A stretch of 64,000 nt of DNA from Candidatus Omnitrophota bacterium (lineage in GTDB: Bacteria > Omnitrophota > Gorgyraeia > Zapsychrales > Zapsychraceae): contig JAJDCA010000051.1 in NCBI GenBank assembly GCA_029261055.1, positions 9,082 to 73,081 of the forward strand, written 5' to 3'. Of the stretch, positions 33,872 through 44,560 are shown piece after piece. The notes under the pieces are model-generated. The model saw only the letters and a program-made list of their open reading frames with translations, was not told the origin of the DNA and made no database searches. Position numbers and translations under genes: made by a program. Every line of letters starts with the position of its first letter. Within the stretch, counting starts at the first letter, position 1.

Positions 33872-35038
33872 TTATACTTTATGATTTTTTTTATAAACAG
33901 GCAGGATAATTTCTACGGTTGTCCCCTTTTTGAGGTGACTTTTAACATGTACTTTCCCGCGAAAAGCTTTAACGATGGAATAAACAATTGTGAGCCCTAA
34001 TCCCGAACTCTTTTCTAAACCTCGATGTTTTGTTGTGAAAAATGGCTCAAAAATACGTGAAAGCGTTTCTTGAGGAATACCAACTCCATCGTCTTTGATA
34101 AGAATACGGACCATTTTATCATGCGCGTGATATGTTGATTTAACCTGCAATACCCCACCACCATGAATGGCCTGAATCGCGTTCGTAAGCACACTACTCA
34201 TAATTTGATTAAACTCGAGTTCACCAATAGCGGCCGAAGGCAATTGAGCGTTAAGCGTAAGCTTTACCTTAATATCTGCCACTTCAAAATGATGCCCACT
34301 AGTTTTGACTGCCTGACGTATGATACTGTTGACATCACAACATTTATTTTTTAACCCTACCTTGCGTTTATTCAAGTTAAGTAATCGGTCGGTCGTATCA
34401 AAACAATACCGCGCCTGATCCCTCATCGCTTCCAAGGTTTGCATAATATCTTTAAATTCTTTGTATCCAATGTACTCAAAATGTCTATCTTTGTAGTTCT
34501 CAATCAAATCCTCAGCATGATCTAAAAGCCCCTTTAACGGATGTTGAATCTCTTGCGTTGTCCCTGCAATAAGATGCTGAACAGCACGCATTTTTTCAGT
34601 TTCCTTCAACTGATCTTGATGAGATAAGCGCTCAGTAACATCCCTCGACACACAAATGACATACTCTTCAGATTTATGCCGCATGTAAACAGCCGTAATA
34701 TCTATCGTTTGGGAAGCCCCTTCCTTAGATTTTCTACCAATAGTATACGAAATGGCTATTTTCTTTTTTTTCACCTCAGAAAAAAATTCTTTCTGCCACT
34801 GTTTGAGACTCATTTTCTCTTCAAAAAAATCCATCACATGCTTTCGCAATAATACTGTTTTGGAAAAACCTAATCCACGCACAGTAGCTTCATTAACAAA
34901 AACAATCCGTCCGTCATGCTGAACCAGCATCACCTCATCACCAATATGATCCACCATACGATGAAATAAATCTAAATCTTTTTCTGGAGTAAATTTTAAT
35001 GAAGATTTTTGTTTATGCGAGGAAGATTTTGTAGGCAT
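33872..35038 (-). CDS. Soluble PAS-domain sensor histidine kinase (orphan, no adjacent response regulator)
   Basis: N-terminal PAS domain, HisKA block around the conserved His, and HATPase_c motifs (GLGLTIVYSIV). No TM segment. Confidence 0.7.
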   Translation of the reverse strand: MPTKSSSHKQKSSLKFTPEKDLDLFHRMVDHIGDEVMLVQHDGRIVFVNEATVRGLGFSKTVLLRKHVMDFFEEKMSLKQWQKEFFSEVKKKKIAISYTIGRKSKEGASQTIDITAVYMRHKSEEYVICVSRDVTERLSHQDQLKETEKMRAVQHLIAGTTQEIQHPLKGLLDHAEDLIENYKDRHFEYIGYKEFKDIMQTLEAMRDQARYCFDTTDRLLNLNKRKVGLKNKCCDVNSIIRQAVKTSGHHFEVADIKVKLTLNAQLPSAAIGELEFNQIMSSVLTNAIQAIHGGGVLQVKSTYHAHDKMVRILIKDDGVGIPQETLSRIFEPFFTTKHRGLEKSSGLGLTIVYSIVKAFRGKVHVKSHLKKGTTVEIILPVYKKNHKV

Positions 35039-35099
35039 AATTATGAAATTCTTTGACTGTCTGGCGAAGTAGGCAAAAAGAGTTTACTCTTTTTGCTCA

Positions 35100-35173
35100 C
35101 GCGCCCGGCACGATTCGAACGTGCGACTTCCACTTCCGTAGAGTGGCGCTCTATCCAGCTGAGCTACGGGCGC
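35100..35173 (-). tRNA. tRNA-Arg (anticodon ACG), no encoded CCA
   Basis: Reverse complement is GCGCCCGTAGCTCAGCTGGATAGAGCGCCACTCTACGGAAGTGGAAGTCGCACGTTCGAATCGTGCCGGGCGCG. Clean cloverleaf with anticodon loop CTACGGA. Confidence 0.85.
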
Positions 35174-35281
35174 AATTTCTGAAATCTTTTTAAAAATAAG
35201 CATCACACGACGCTATTCAAAAAAAGAAATCATACCACTTAAAAATCCATATGGAAAGTAAAATTTTTTACCGTAGGCGAA

Positions 35282-36634
35282 TCAAAATGCTTTAAGAAGT
35301 GCCTGGCGGTCTAAACCTAGGCTGGCGACGGCTTTATTTGGAGTTTTGGAGTAAGCGCGACAAAAAACCCCCAATTCTTTCATGGTGGTCATATCCTTTT
35401 TGTCTAATTCTTGAAGAAGAAGAGCCCTCAATAAATGCTCTTGCATAATTTCTTTGGAAGTAAGTCCGGATTGTTGGGATAAACGGTCACGATATACTGT
35501 ACTGGGGCTTACTTGAACATGCTTATGCATATCGTAATTATATTTGTATACTTCGGAAAGTAGAATTTTGACTTGTTCCATACCGCTGGTTTCACTCACA
35601 CCATCGACAACACGAATTATCTTATCTTGTACATGATAACGTTTGAGAACAATAAATACGTCGATCAAACTCACTAAGGCTTCAGGAATGTTCATCGGTT
35701 CATTCTGAAGACGAATAATAGCTTCACGCGAAGTTAAGGCGTGAATTGTTCCAATACAATGTTTTCCTACATTACAGGCCGTCACCATATCTGTTGCCTC
35801 ATGACCCCGAACCTCTCCGACAATGATTCTCTCCGGCCGCATACGTAAACTATTTTTCACTAAATCGGCCAGTGTAATGTCTTCCGTACTTTCTAGTCGT
35901 GAACAACTATCCTCTAAAAAGGTATTTAATTCTAAGGTATCCTCAATCACCACCATACGATCCGATTCAGGAATAAAACTAAACAAGGCATTTAAAAGTG
36001 TTGTTTTTCCCACACCAGGACCACCGGCAATCATAATATTAGCCGGCCGTATGGACATCCCGTCGACATACATCCATAACTGGGCGGCCACCTCATACGT
36101 TAAACTACCAGCCCGAATAAGGTCGATAATACTTAGGGGTGTCACTTTAGATTTGGTAATCGTAAGCTGCGGACCAAAAGGCGACATGGCAATATTGACT
36201 CTTCCTCCTAAATTAGGTAATTCCAAATTTACAATCTTTTCCAAACGTGTTCTACCGGAAAAAAGTAAAAGCTTTTTTATAAAAATATCCAATTCCTTTT
36301 GACTCGTAAATCTTTTATCTGTTCGGATAAACCCTTTTTGGCAATGATGAATATAAATGGGCTTTAAATTATTAATAATAAGGTCTTCAACTTTTAAATC
36401 GCATAAAAGTTCTGTTACAATGCCGTAAGAAAGAAAACTTCGCAAAAATTCTGCCCTATTTTCCGGCGAGTCAAATTCTTGTTTTAGACTTGGAAATTCA
36501 TTATTATTTAAGACTTCTGAAAGTGTTTTTCCCACCAATTCTTCGCGCTCTTCCTGCGGCTGCAACAAATTCATCTTGCCAGACATCAACTCGACCAATC
36601 GAAATTCTAATTCCATTATTTGTTGCATATCCAT
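35282..36634 (-). CDS. Type II/IV secretion-family ATPase (CpaF/VirB11/FlaI-like)
   Basis: Walker A GGPGVGKTT and the family-specific Walker B/Asp box RPERIIVGEVRG. No pilus or secretion partner genes within 10 kb. Confidence 0.7.
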   Translation of the reverse strand: MDMQQIMELEFRLVELMSGKMNLLQPQEEREELVGKTLSEVLNNNEFPSLKQEFDSPENRAEFLRSFLSYGIVTELLCDLKVEDLIINNLKPIYIHHCQKGFIRTDKRFTSQKELDIFIKKLLLFSGRTRLEKIVNLELPNLGGRVNIAMSPFGPQLTITKSKVTPLSIIDLIRAGSLTYEVAAQLWMYVDGMSIRPANIMIAGGPGVGKTTLLNALFSFIPESDRMVVIEDTLELNTFLEDSCSRLESTEDITLADLVKNSLRMRPERIIVGEVRGHEATDMVTACNVGKHCIGTIHALTSREAIIRLQNEPMNIPEALVSLIDVFIVLKRYHVQDKIIRVVDGVSETSGMEQVKILLSEVYKYNYDMHKHVQVSPSTVYRDRLSQQSGLTSKEIMQEHLLRALLLQELDKKDMTTMKELGVFCRAYSKTPNKAVASLGLDRQALLKAF

Positions 36635-36720
36635 CAGTATCCTTTTTTAAGAAAAGTAGAGATGCAAGGTATAAGATGCAGAGAAAAAGCATCCCTCGCT
36701 GCTTCTTACCTCTTTGCCTC

Positions 36721-39355
36721 TTACTTCTGTACCTCTTGCTTCCTTACCTCTTGCTTCTCTACAACAGGCCTTGTGACAACTATGGCAGATTTATTGAGAT
36801 CTAAGTATTCATTTGCCAAACGCTTAATATCTTCTTTAGTTACCCTGTCGATTAAGGTATCATATTCTTGATGATGATTAAACCCTAAACCATACAATTC
36901 ATTCAAACTGCTTGTAAAATTTAAAGCAGAATTTGTCTGGTGGGATGTCTTAAATATTCCCTTAAGATACGCCTTAATATCCTTCAGTTCTTCGTCTGAA
37001 ACATATTCGCGTTGAATTCTCTCAATCTCATTTTTTAAAGCCTTCTTTGCATCAGGAACTTTTTCCGCTGTGGTCAAAACATAAAAATAAATCAAACCAG
37101 CATCAATACCAGGAGCAGAATATCCTCCCAAGGTGTAAGCTTGCCCCAACTCTTCCCGAATACGCGTAAATAACCGACCACTGAATGATGATCCTAAAAT
37201 AGATGTTAAAACCTCAAGGCCATAACGATCTTTATGTTGCATGGTTATGCCATGAAAACCCATAGCCAACATAGCCTGCTGTTTTTTCATGGTTAATGAT
37301 TTTTCTCGCGATTTTTCAATAGGCGTTTCCTTATGTATCGCCAGTTGGACTTCATTCTTCTTAAGATCGCCTAAGGCCTTCTTCACCTTAGACAAAATAT
37401 CTTCAGATGTAATATTTCCAAAAATCGATAAAACCATATTATTCGGAACAACCAATTTTTCATAAAAGGCCATAATATTTTCCCGTGTAATACGATCGAT
37501 AGATTCTTCTGTCCCCTCTTCTTCGAGACGAAAAGGATGCTTTTCAAAAGTTAATTCTTTTAACGCATGGCCGGTAAACTGTGCAATGTTATCGTCTCTT
37601 TGCTTAATATCCGCCTTCAAGTCCCGCTTTCGCTTAACAATTTCAGCCTCGGGAAAATTGGGATTAATAATAATATCTTTTACCAATCGCAAGGCTTCAT
37701 CCATATCTTCCGATAAAAAATCCAAACTTAGACCAAAACTATTTTTCCCTGAATAACTACCAAGCTGCATACCTAATGACTCAGCCTTATTGGCAATCTG
37801 ATCGGCAGATAATGCCTTAGTCCCTTTTAACCACACCATAGATGTCAATTTAGAAATGCCATTCAGCATGACATTTTCCTGACGTGTTCCACCATTAACG
37901 ACAATACGCAAAGCCGTGGAAGGAAATGTTGCATCCTTACGTAAAAGTAATGTTAATCCATTTTTAAGAACATGTTTCTGAATTTTGTCCTCTTGAAAAT
38001 GCTGCGCCTCTTCATCTTTATGAAGAACGTCCTTTTGTCCTTTGGGTTTTAAAACAACAACCGTCGATGATTGCTTACGGAGATATTTATGGGCTACCCG
38101 CTTGATAGCATCCATTTCGACATCGGCAATGGCATCGACATATTTTTGCGAAAATTGATAATCTCCGGTAAAAGCCTCATCAACGGCCTGGGCATAAGCT
38201 ACTTGCGATGTTGTTTGATGCCCTAAAATGTGTTCACTCAAAACCTGCTTTTTAGCTTTTTCCAACTCAACTTTTTTGACACCTGCCGTCTTTATATTTT
38301 CGATTTGCTTCCATGTGATATCCATGATGGCATCCAAATATTCCGGTTCCAAAAGCCCTACAATTTCAAATAAACCTTTATCAATAGGCGTATAATTTCC
38401 TGCTGAAATAGAACGAAACGCTACCCCTTCCCTATCTAAAGCCCGATAAAGTCGCGACGTTTTCCCTTGCCCCAAAATTTTGGCTAAAACATCTAAAGCA
38501 AATAAGTCCTCATTAAGAAGACTCATGCTATTGAAAGACAATGTAAAGCGCGTCAAATTTGTGGCAAATTCCTCCTCATAATAACGCGGACTGATTTGTT
38601 GCGGTTCTTCCGGAAGATTGCGCGGAATATCTGTCTGCCGTCGGAATGATTCAAAAGCATCTTTGATCTTGGGCAGCACCTCTTGTGTATTCACATTTCC
38701 AGCTATCGATACGATCGTATTATTCGGGATATAAAAATCGCGATAATATTGCATGATATCATCACGTGTTAAATCGATGAATAGCGGTTTGTATCCAATG
38801 ATAGGATGACGATAAGGATGGCGAATGTAAACATTTTGAAATGTAAGCTGACTTAAATGCCGTGAGGGTCGGTCTTCATGCAATCGCATCTCCCCAAAAA
38901 CAACATCCCGCTCTTTTTCGATTTCTTCGGCATCCATCGTAGCAAACTGCATCATATCCGCTTGAATAGCTAAGGCCATGTCAAAGGCATCGGAAGGAAC
39001 CGTGATCGTATAAATCGTGTAGTCCATACTTGTCGCCGCATTTATGCTACCACCGACGGCTTGAACTTGGGCGGCAATTTCTCCTAACTTTCTATTTTCT
39101 GTCCCCTTAAAAAGCAGATGTTCCAGAAAATGAGAAACACCACTTCCCAAAAGATCCCCCTCGGTAGCTGAACCCGTTTTAACAAGGGCATAGACCGATA
39201 CCGACGGATTAGACGGCATTTCGCTGATTAAAACCGTTAATCCATTATCTAAAATATATTTTGATGATTTTCCCTGGAAAGCTTGGGATGAAGAAATTTG
39301 CAAAAAAATTAGAACCGCAGCAATAAACGAAATTATGATTTTTTTAGACATAGCT
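36721..39355 (-). CDS. Secreted tandem M16-family zinc peptidase (pitrilysin/insulinase-like, two M16+M16_C units)
   Basis: HFLEHLLFKGT inverted-zincin HxxEH motif and duplicated halves. The start was moved to the MSKKIIISFIAAVLIFLQISSSQA signal-peptide ATG; the annotated start is an upstream GTG. The C-terminus ends in an EKQEV repeat encoded by a microsatellite. Confidence 0.8.
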
Positions 39356-39384
39356 GAACACTGACGACTGATCACTGATCCCTA

Positions 39385-39927
39385 TTAATTATTATTTCCT
39401 TCTTGCTTCTTAAACTCTTCCAACAACCTTTTAATATCCTGGTCTGCATTGCGCGCGACCTGAGTGCAAATAAAAATCAAAAGAGAAAACTGCCAACAAT
39501 CTTCAGGCCCCTTGATAAGACCTGTCTGCACATTTTCTTCTTTTTGTAAAATATTTTCGTAATGCTTAATAGCGCCTGAGAGCTTACCTTCATGAATATC
39601 CAAAGACATTGTTTTATTATCATAGCGCAATGATGGCATACGTACACCACGAACAAGGAGAAAATTAATCAAAGAATTTTCATCAATTCTTTCCTCTTCA
39701 CCAAATTCAAAACCTTGAAACTGTGGATGATTGGGCGGAACAATAATGGAAGGTTTCTCGACAACAACCTCTCCTTTACGTACAATCGTATCTCCCACAT
39801 TAATAGTCGATTCTGATAATAAAATATACGGTACGTGCGTATCGCCCAACGTCAAAAGAGCCTGAATACGCGACCGGATAATTTCCGTACTTTTTAAAGC
39901 TTTATACCAAGATTTCTCAAAACTCAT
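39385..39927 (-). CDS. Hypothetical protein (180 aa)
   Basis: ORF with gene-like codon periodicity and spacing; no recognizable motifs. Confidence 0.4.
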   Translation of the reverse strand: MSFEKSWYKALKSTEIIRSRIQALLTLGDTHVPYILLSESTINVGDTIVRKGEVVVEKPSIIVPPNHPQFQGFEFGEEERIDENSLINFLLVRGVRMPSLRYDNKTMSLDIHEGKLSGAIKHYENILQKEENVQTGLIKGPEDCWQFSLLIFICTQVARNADQDIKRLLEEFKKQEGNNN

Positions 39928-40016
39928 CTAATAATCCTTTTTCTAAATTCCACAAAACCCAACAAACCATCGGGCGAAGCCAGGCGAAGCTAAACACGAA
40001 AGTAATTTAGCGAAGA

Positions 40017-40109
40017 CTGGCGGAGGAGGAGAGATTCGAACTCTCGAGCCATCTTACGACAGCCACACGCTTTCCAAGCGTGCGCCTTCAACCACTCGGC
40101 CACCCCTCC
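40017..40109 (-). tRNA. tRNA-Ser (anticodon GGA), class II, CCA encoded
   Basis: Reverse complement is GGAGGGGTGGCCGAGTGGTTGAAGGCGCACGCTTGGAAAGCGTGTGG...GAGAGTTCGAATCTCTCCTCCTCCGCCA. Anticodon stem CACGC/GCGTG, loop TTGGAAA. Confidence 0.85.
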
Positions 40110-40228
40110 AAAATTTGTCCATCAATGAAAAGGCAGTATACTAGGGACTTTACGAAATATCAAGAATTTTGAATGTATTAAGAAATAATATTAAAGGACA
40201 TCCTTAACTCGTGTGCTTGGGTATAATT

Positions 40229-41242
40229 CTACTCCCCATTTTTCTTCCCCGTAATCCGCCTTATTTCTTTATCAAAGTCGGAAATGTAATCTTTATCCTG
40301 TTGAATACGATACGCTTCATATTCCTTATGCGCCAAAGCTAAAGCCACTTCATGACTGATTGAACCCGCATTAGTCAAAATTTCATATTCGCTGAATTTT
40401 AAAAAAGCATTCAACTTTTTAATCCAATCTTTCATATACATTGGAATATTACGAATAGCCTGTAATTCCGCAAAATCTAAATACATCGTAACAATACGGT
40501 TTAGATGATCGAGTTCCGGTTTGTTTAAATAATTCTTGGCCGTGGCAACGTCACTTGGCAGAACTTTACCCTTGGGCTCTTTTCGCCATGCCGTTAACCC
40601 CATATTAGGTTTGGCACTATTGGCCCGTTTGGCAACAATTTCAGCGGCAGTTTTTCCGGTAATGGCAAAATGCAGTTTATTTTGAACGGTCGCAAAAAAC
40701 TTTTTTGTATCTTCAGCCTTAGCAGAATAATCCATCGAAGTGGCATAAATATCTGTAATTTTTTGATACATCATCCTTTCGCTTGAACGAATATCTCTTA
40801 TTTCTTCAAGCAAATCATCGAAAAATCGGGTGCTGAAGCGAGAACCATATTTAAAACGGTTACTATCAATAGCGAAGCCTTTATGTATATATTTCTGGAG
40901 AATTGTAATAGCCCATTGCCTAAATTGTGTACCCCGCTGAGAATTAACTCTATACCCTACAGCAATAATGGCCTCTAAAGAATAGAATTTTGTTTGATAT
41001 TTTTTACCATCTTCGGCAGTATGTGCAAATTTTGCACATACTGTATTTTCTTCTAATTCTTGCTCTAGAAAAATATTTTTAAGATGTTTAGTAATAACCG
41101 TTCTATCCACATCAAATAATTCCGCTATTCGTTTTTGAGGCAACCAAATATTCTCCTTAGCATACAACACCTCAATATTAACACCCCCCTCACCGGTTTG
41201 ATATACAGCAATCTGATCATCTGGTATTTTCTTTCTTTTCAT
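40229..41242 (-). CDS. RhuM-family (virulence/defense-island associated) protein
   Basis: IAVYQTGEGGVNIEVLYAKENIWLPQKRIAELFDVDRTVITKHLKNIF...YRVNSQRGTQFRQWA is collinear with the RhuM family N-terminal consensus. Confidence 0.7.
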   Translation of the reverse strand: MKRKKIPDDQIAVYQTGEGGVNIEVLYAKENIWLPQKRIAELFDVDRTVITKHLKNIFLEQELEENTVCAKFAHTAEDGKKYQTKFYSLEAIIAVGYRVNSQRGTQFRQWAITILQKYIHKGFAIDSNRFKYGSRFSTRFFDDLLEEIRDIRSSERMMYQKITDIYATSMDYSAKAEDTKKFFATVQNKLHFAITGKTAAEIVAKRANSAKPNMGLTAWRKEPKGKVLPSDVATAKNYLNKPELDHLNRIVTMYLDFAELQAIRNIPMYMKDWIKKLNAFLKFSEYEILTNAGSISHEVALALAHKEYEAYRIQQDKDYISDFDKEIRRITGKKNGE

Positions 41243-41326
41243 CTAAATATTTTCTTTTTGAACTGTTAGGAACCTATCAAAAAACCTTCCTGATCCGTGT
41301 AAGTTGCTTTGGCAATAGCCGACTTT

Positions 41327-41977
41327 TCAGCGAATTTCTGTTGATTTCAATTTCTTCACCCTATCATCAATCATACTTTTAAATTTACTATTTTTAAGAT
41401 TTTCTGAAACTTCTTCATACTTCATGTCTGCTAATTTAGCCAACTCTTTCCGACAAGAAAAACTAAATTTTTCTAAATTATCTCTTCTAATACTTAGTGA
41501 CTTATCAAAATCTGAAATCTCAGCAACAACCTTATAAAAAGCAAAAAGAATTTTCCTTGGAGCATAAATTATTAACTTACTACTCAATAAAACATCTAAT
41601 TCAAATAAAATATTTATTAACTTACTCACATAATTTATTTCTTCTTGATGAAAATCCGTATTTAATCCAGGTTTCTTTCCAGTTAACTCTAACCTAAGAA
41701 ATTCATGTGCTTTATTAAGAACCTCTTCAATTAGCTCATAATTCTTTTCTAAATTATAATGATGTTTTTTGACTTCCTTTTCTAAATTATGTTTAAGGGT
41801 CAACATAGACCATGCAGCAAAAAATGAAAAAATAACCTGTAAGTTCTCATCAGGAAGTAGCCATTTTATTAAATATAAAAGAATGCCAATAAAAAAAAGA
41901 AAAATAATTACTGATAACAATTTATTCTTTTTTTTAAAATCTTGCCATTTTTTATAAGTTTTATTTAGAATATCCAT
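41327..41977 (-). CDS. Hypothetical membrane protein (N-terminal TM helices, coiled-coil tail)
   Basis: Two predicted TM segments (LLSVIIFLFFIGILLYLIKWLL; FSFFAAWSMLTL). No known motifs. Very AT-rich compared with its neighbours. Confidence 0.4.
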   Translation of the reverse strand: MDILNKTYKKWQDFKKKNKLLSVIIFLFFIGILLYLIKWLLPDENLQVIFSFFAAWSMLTLKHNLEKEVKKHHYNLEKNYELIEEVLNKAHEFLRLELTGKKPGLNTDFHQEEINYVSKLINILFELDVLLSSKLIIYAPRKILFAFYKVVAEISDFDKSLSIRRDNLEKFSFSCRKELAKLADMKYEEVSENLKNSKFKSMIDDRVKKLKSTEIR

Positions 41978-42130
41978 ATTTTAAAGGACTACAAAAGTAC
42001 TACACTCGATTAATTTTTCTTATTTTTGAGCAGATACTTATTGACTATTTTTACGTTGTAAATATATGACATTGAAAAGGTTATGTCATAAGTTGGTGGG
42101 ATTTAAAATGTTGTAAAAGCTGCCAAGCAT

Positions 42131-42171
42131 TCTTTCCAAGCGTGCGTCTTCAACCACTCGGGCACCCCTCC
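42131..42171 (-). pseudogene. Truncated tRNA-Ser(GGA) copy: 5' half through the anticodon loop only
   Basis: GGAGGGGTGCCCGAGTGGTTGAAGACGCACGCTTGGAAAG is identical to the 40017..40109 tRNA over about 40 nt with 2 mismatches, then diverges. The upstream-flank motif ATATCAAGAATTTT is shared too. Confidence 0.7.
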
Positions 42172-42276
42172 CAAACTTTTTTCAAATTCATTAATCAGAA
42201 ATTGAACGAGCGATAAGCATACTAAAGCCTACCCAAAATATCAAGAATTTTAGACATGTTATCAGTTAATATTTTT

Positions 42277-44560
42277 TTATTTCACTTCTATATTATCAAG
42301 ATAGACATCTTGCTGACGCGCCTCAATTTCAAACGTACTGACATTAATTGCACTGCTATTACGACTCAACGTCACCTGGTCACCAAAGGCAGTTACTATA
42401 AATGTTGTTGGACTGAAATCGACGACTATAGAATATATATTTCCCTGAACAAACTCACTAGCAAAGAAAACACTTTCAACAACCCGACCTCCAACAATCT
42501 TTTCTACAGCCTTGGTTCCATAACCATCAGTATTTCTGATCCTGTAATAATTATTGGCATCTTGCTTTAAGTTTATCGTAATAATTCCTCCAAGAGGATG
42601 TTTTTTCACAGGTTCAAAATCCACCTTAAACGCTCCTGTATCCGTCGCGGATATATTCTGCCCAATTTTTAAACCAATATTATCTCCTGTTACCACCTTG
42701 GCCCTTTGCCCTACGCTATCATACACAAACCGACCGGTGCCTCCGGCTGTCCACGTATCCGTCACTGTATATGCACCGATCGTATCCGTGCTAAAATCAT
42801 CGAAAAATAACGATGCTGGTGGTGGCTGAACGTCAGACCGTACCTCGATGTTGTCATAATAGGCATCTTGTTGACTTGTCGTAATTTCAAACGCACTAAC
42901 GTTAATGGCACTACCATTACCACTCAAGGTCACCTGATCACCAAAGGCCCTCACCGTCATCGTTGTAGGACTAAAATTAACAACTATAGAATATTTAGTC
43001 CCCTGTATATACTCACTGGCAAAAAAGACTCTTTCAACAACCCGTCTTCCAACTACTTTTTCAACACTCCTTGGACCATAACCGTCAGTATTACTAATTC
43101 TGTAATAATTACCAGCATCTTGATTTAAACTTATCATAAGACCGCCACCAGCCGGATATTTCTTCACAGGTTCAAAATCCATTTTAAACGTTCCTGTATC
43201 CGTCGCGGGTATACTCTGCCCGATTTTTAAACCAATATTATCTCCTGTTACCACTTTGGCCCTTTGCCCGGTGCTATCATACACAAACCGACCGGTGCCT
43301 CCGGCTGTCCACGTATCTGTCACTGTATATGCTCCGGTCGTGTCCGTACTGAAATCATCAAAGAACAATTGTGGATTACCGACCACATCATTAACCGTAA
43401 TGGTAATTTCTTCAAAAACCATATCCACACCATCACTCACCTCAAAACGCACTCCATCATACACCCCTGACTGATCAAAATTTGGCGTCCAACTAAATAT
43501 CTGCGTAGCGGAATTAAAACTTGCTCCATCGGGAAGAGACAATGCTGCATACGTCAATGGTTCGCCATCATCATCCGTGGCGGTTACCGTAAAACTTAAT
43601 GTTTCCCCTTCATCCACCACCTTATTGCCAATAGTATTTAATACAGGAGGATTATTAGGCTGAATGTCAGATCGCACCTCGATATTATCATAATAAGCAT
43701 CTTGCTGACTTGTCGTAATTTCAAACGCACTAACATTAATGGCGCTGCCATTACCACTCAAGGTCACCTGATCACCAAAGGCCCTCACCGTCATCGTTGT
43801 AGGATTAAAATTGACAACTATAGAATATTTAGCCCCCTGTATATACTCACTAGCAAAAAAGACTCTTTCAACAACCCGTCTTCCAACTACTTTTTCAACA
43901 CTCCTTGGACCATACCCGTCGGTATTACTAATCCTGTAATAATGATCGGCATCTTGCCTTAAATTTATCATAAGGCCTCCACCAGCCGGATATTTCTTCA
44001 CAGGTTCAAAATCCACCTTAAACGTTCCTGTATCCGTCGCGGGTATACTCTGCCCGATTCTTAAACCAATATTATCCCCTGTTAACACTTGACTTCTTTG
44101 CCCTGCACCATCATACACAAATCGACCGGTTCCTCCTGATGTCCACGTATCCGTCACCGTGTACGATCCTGTCGTATCCGTACTAAAGTCATCAAAGAAC
44201 AATTGTGGATTACCGACCACATCATTAACCGTAATGGTGATTTCTTTAAAATCTATATCCTTTCCATCACTCACCTCAAAACGTACTCCATCATACACCC
44301 CTGACTGATCAAAACCTGGCGTCCAACTAAATATCTGCGTAGCGGAATTAAAACTTGCTCCATCGGGAAGAGACAAAGCTGTATACGTTAATGGCTCTCC
44401 ATCAACATCGGTGGCTGTTACTATAAAACTTAGTGTTTGTCCTTCATCCACCGATTTATTTTCAATAGGATTTACTACCGGGGAATTATTTGGGAGCTCA
44501 TAAACAAAAATATCAGCATTCCCGTTTCTAAAATCTTCCCACACAATACGTCTTGTGTCG
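42277..44560 (-). repeat. Tandem 834-bp coding repeats (three copies, two nearly identical) at the 3' end of the S8 protease gene
   Basis: The antisense ORFs at 42868..43128 and 43702..43962 are near-identical, which marks the period. The protein shows (Ig-like + X domain) x2 followed by a third X domain. Confidence 0.8.

Larger units (their letters stand above)
40181..42130. mobile_element. Small genomic island remnant (RhuM-family gene plus membrane protein) bounded by a direct repeat of the tRNA-Ser 5' half plus flank
   Basis: Bounded on the left by tRNA-Ser(GGA) at 40017..40109 and on the right by a partial copy of the same tRNA's 5' half (42131..42171) with similar upstream flanks. No integrase present. 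Confidence 0.45.

Noticed and set aside
40181-42130. Complete integrative element or prophage
   Set aside because: No integrase, excisionase or phage structural gene is present. Only two cargo genes lie between the tRNA and its partial copy, so I call it an island remnant, not an active element.
42277-44560. Regularly spaced repeats that could be mistaken for a CRISPR array
   Set aside because: The period is 834 bp and the repeats are protein-coding domain copies within one ORF. They are not 25-40-bp direct repeats with unique spacers.
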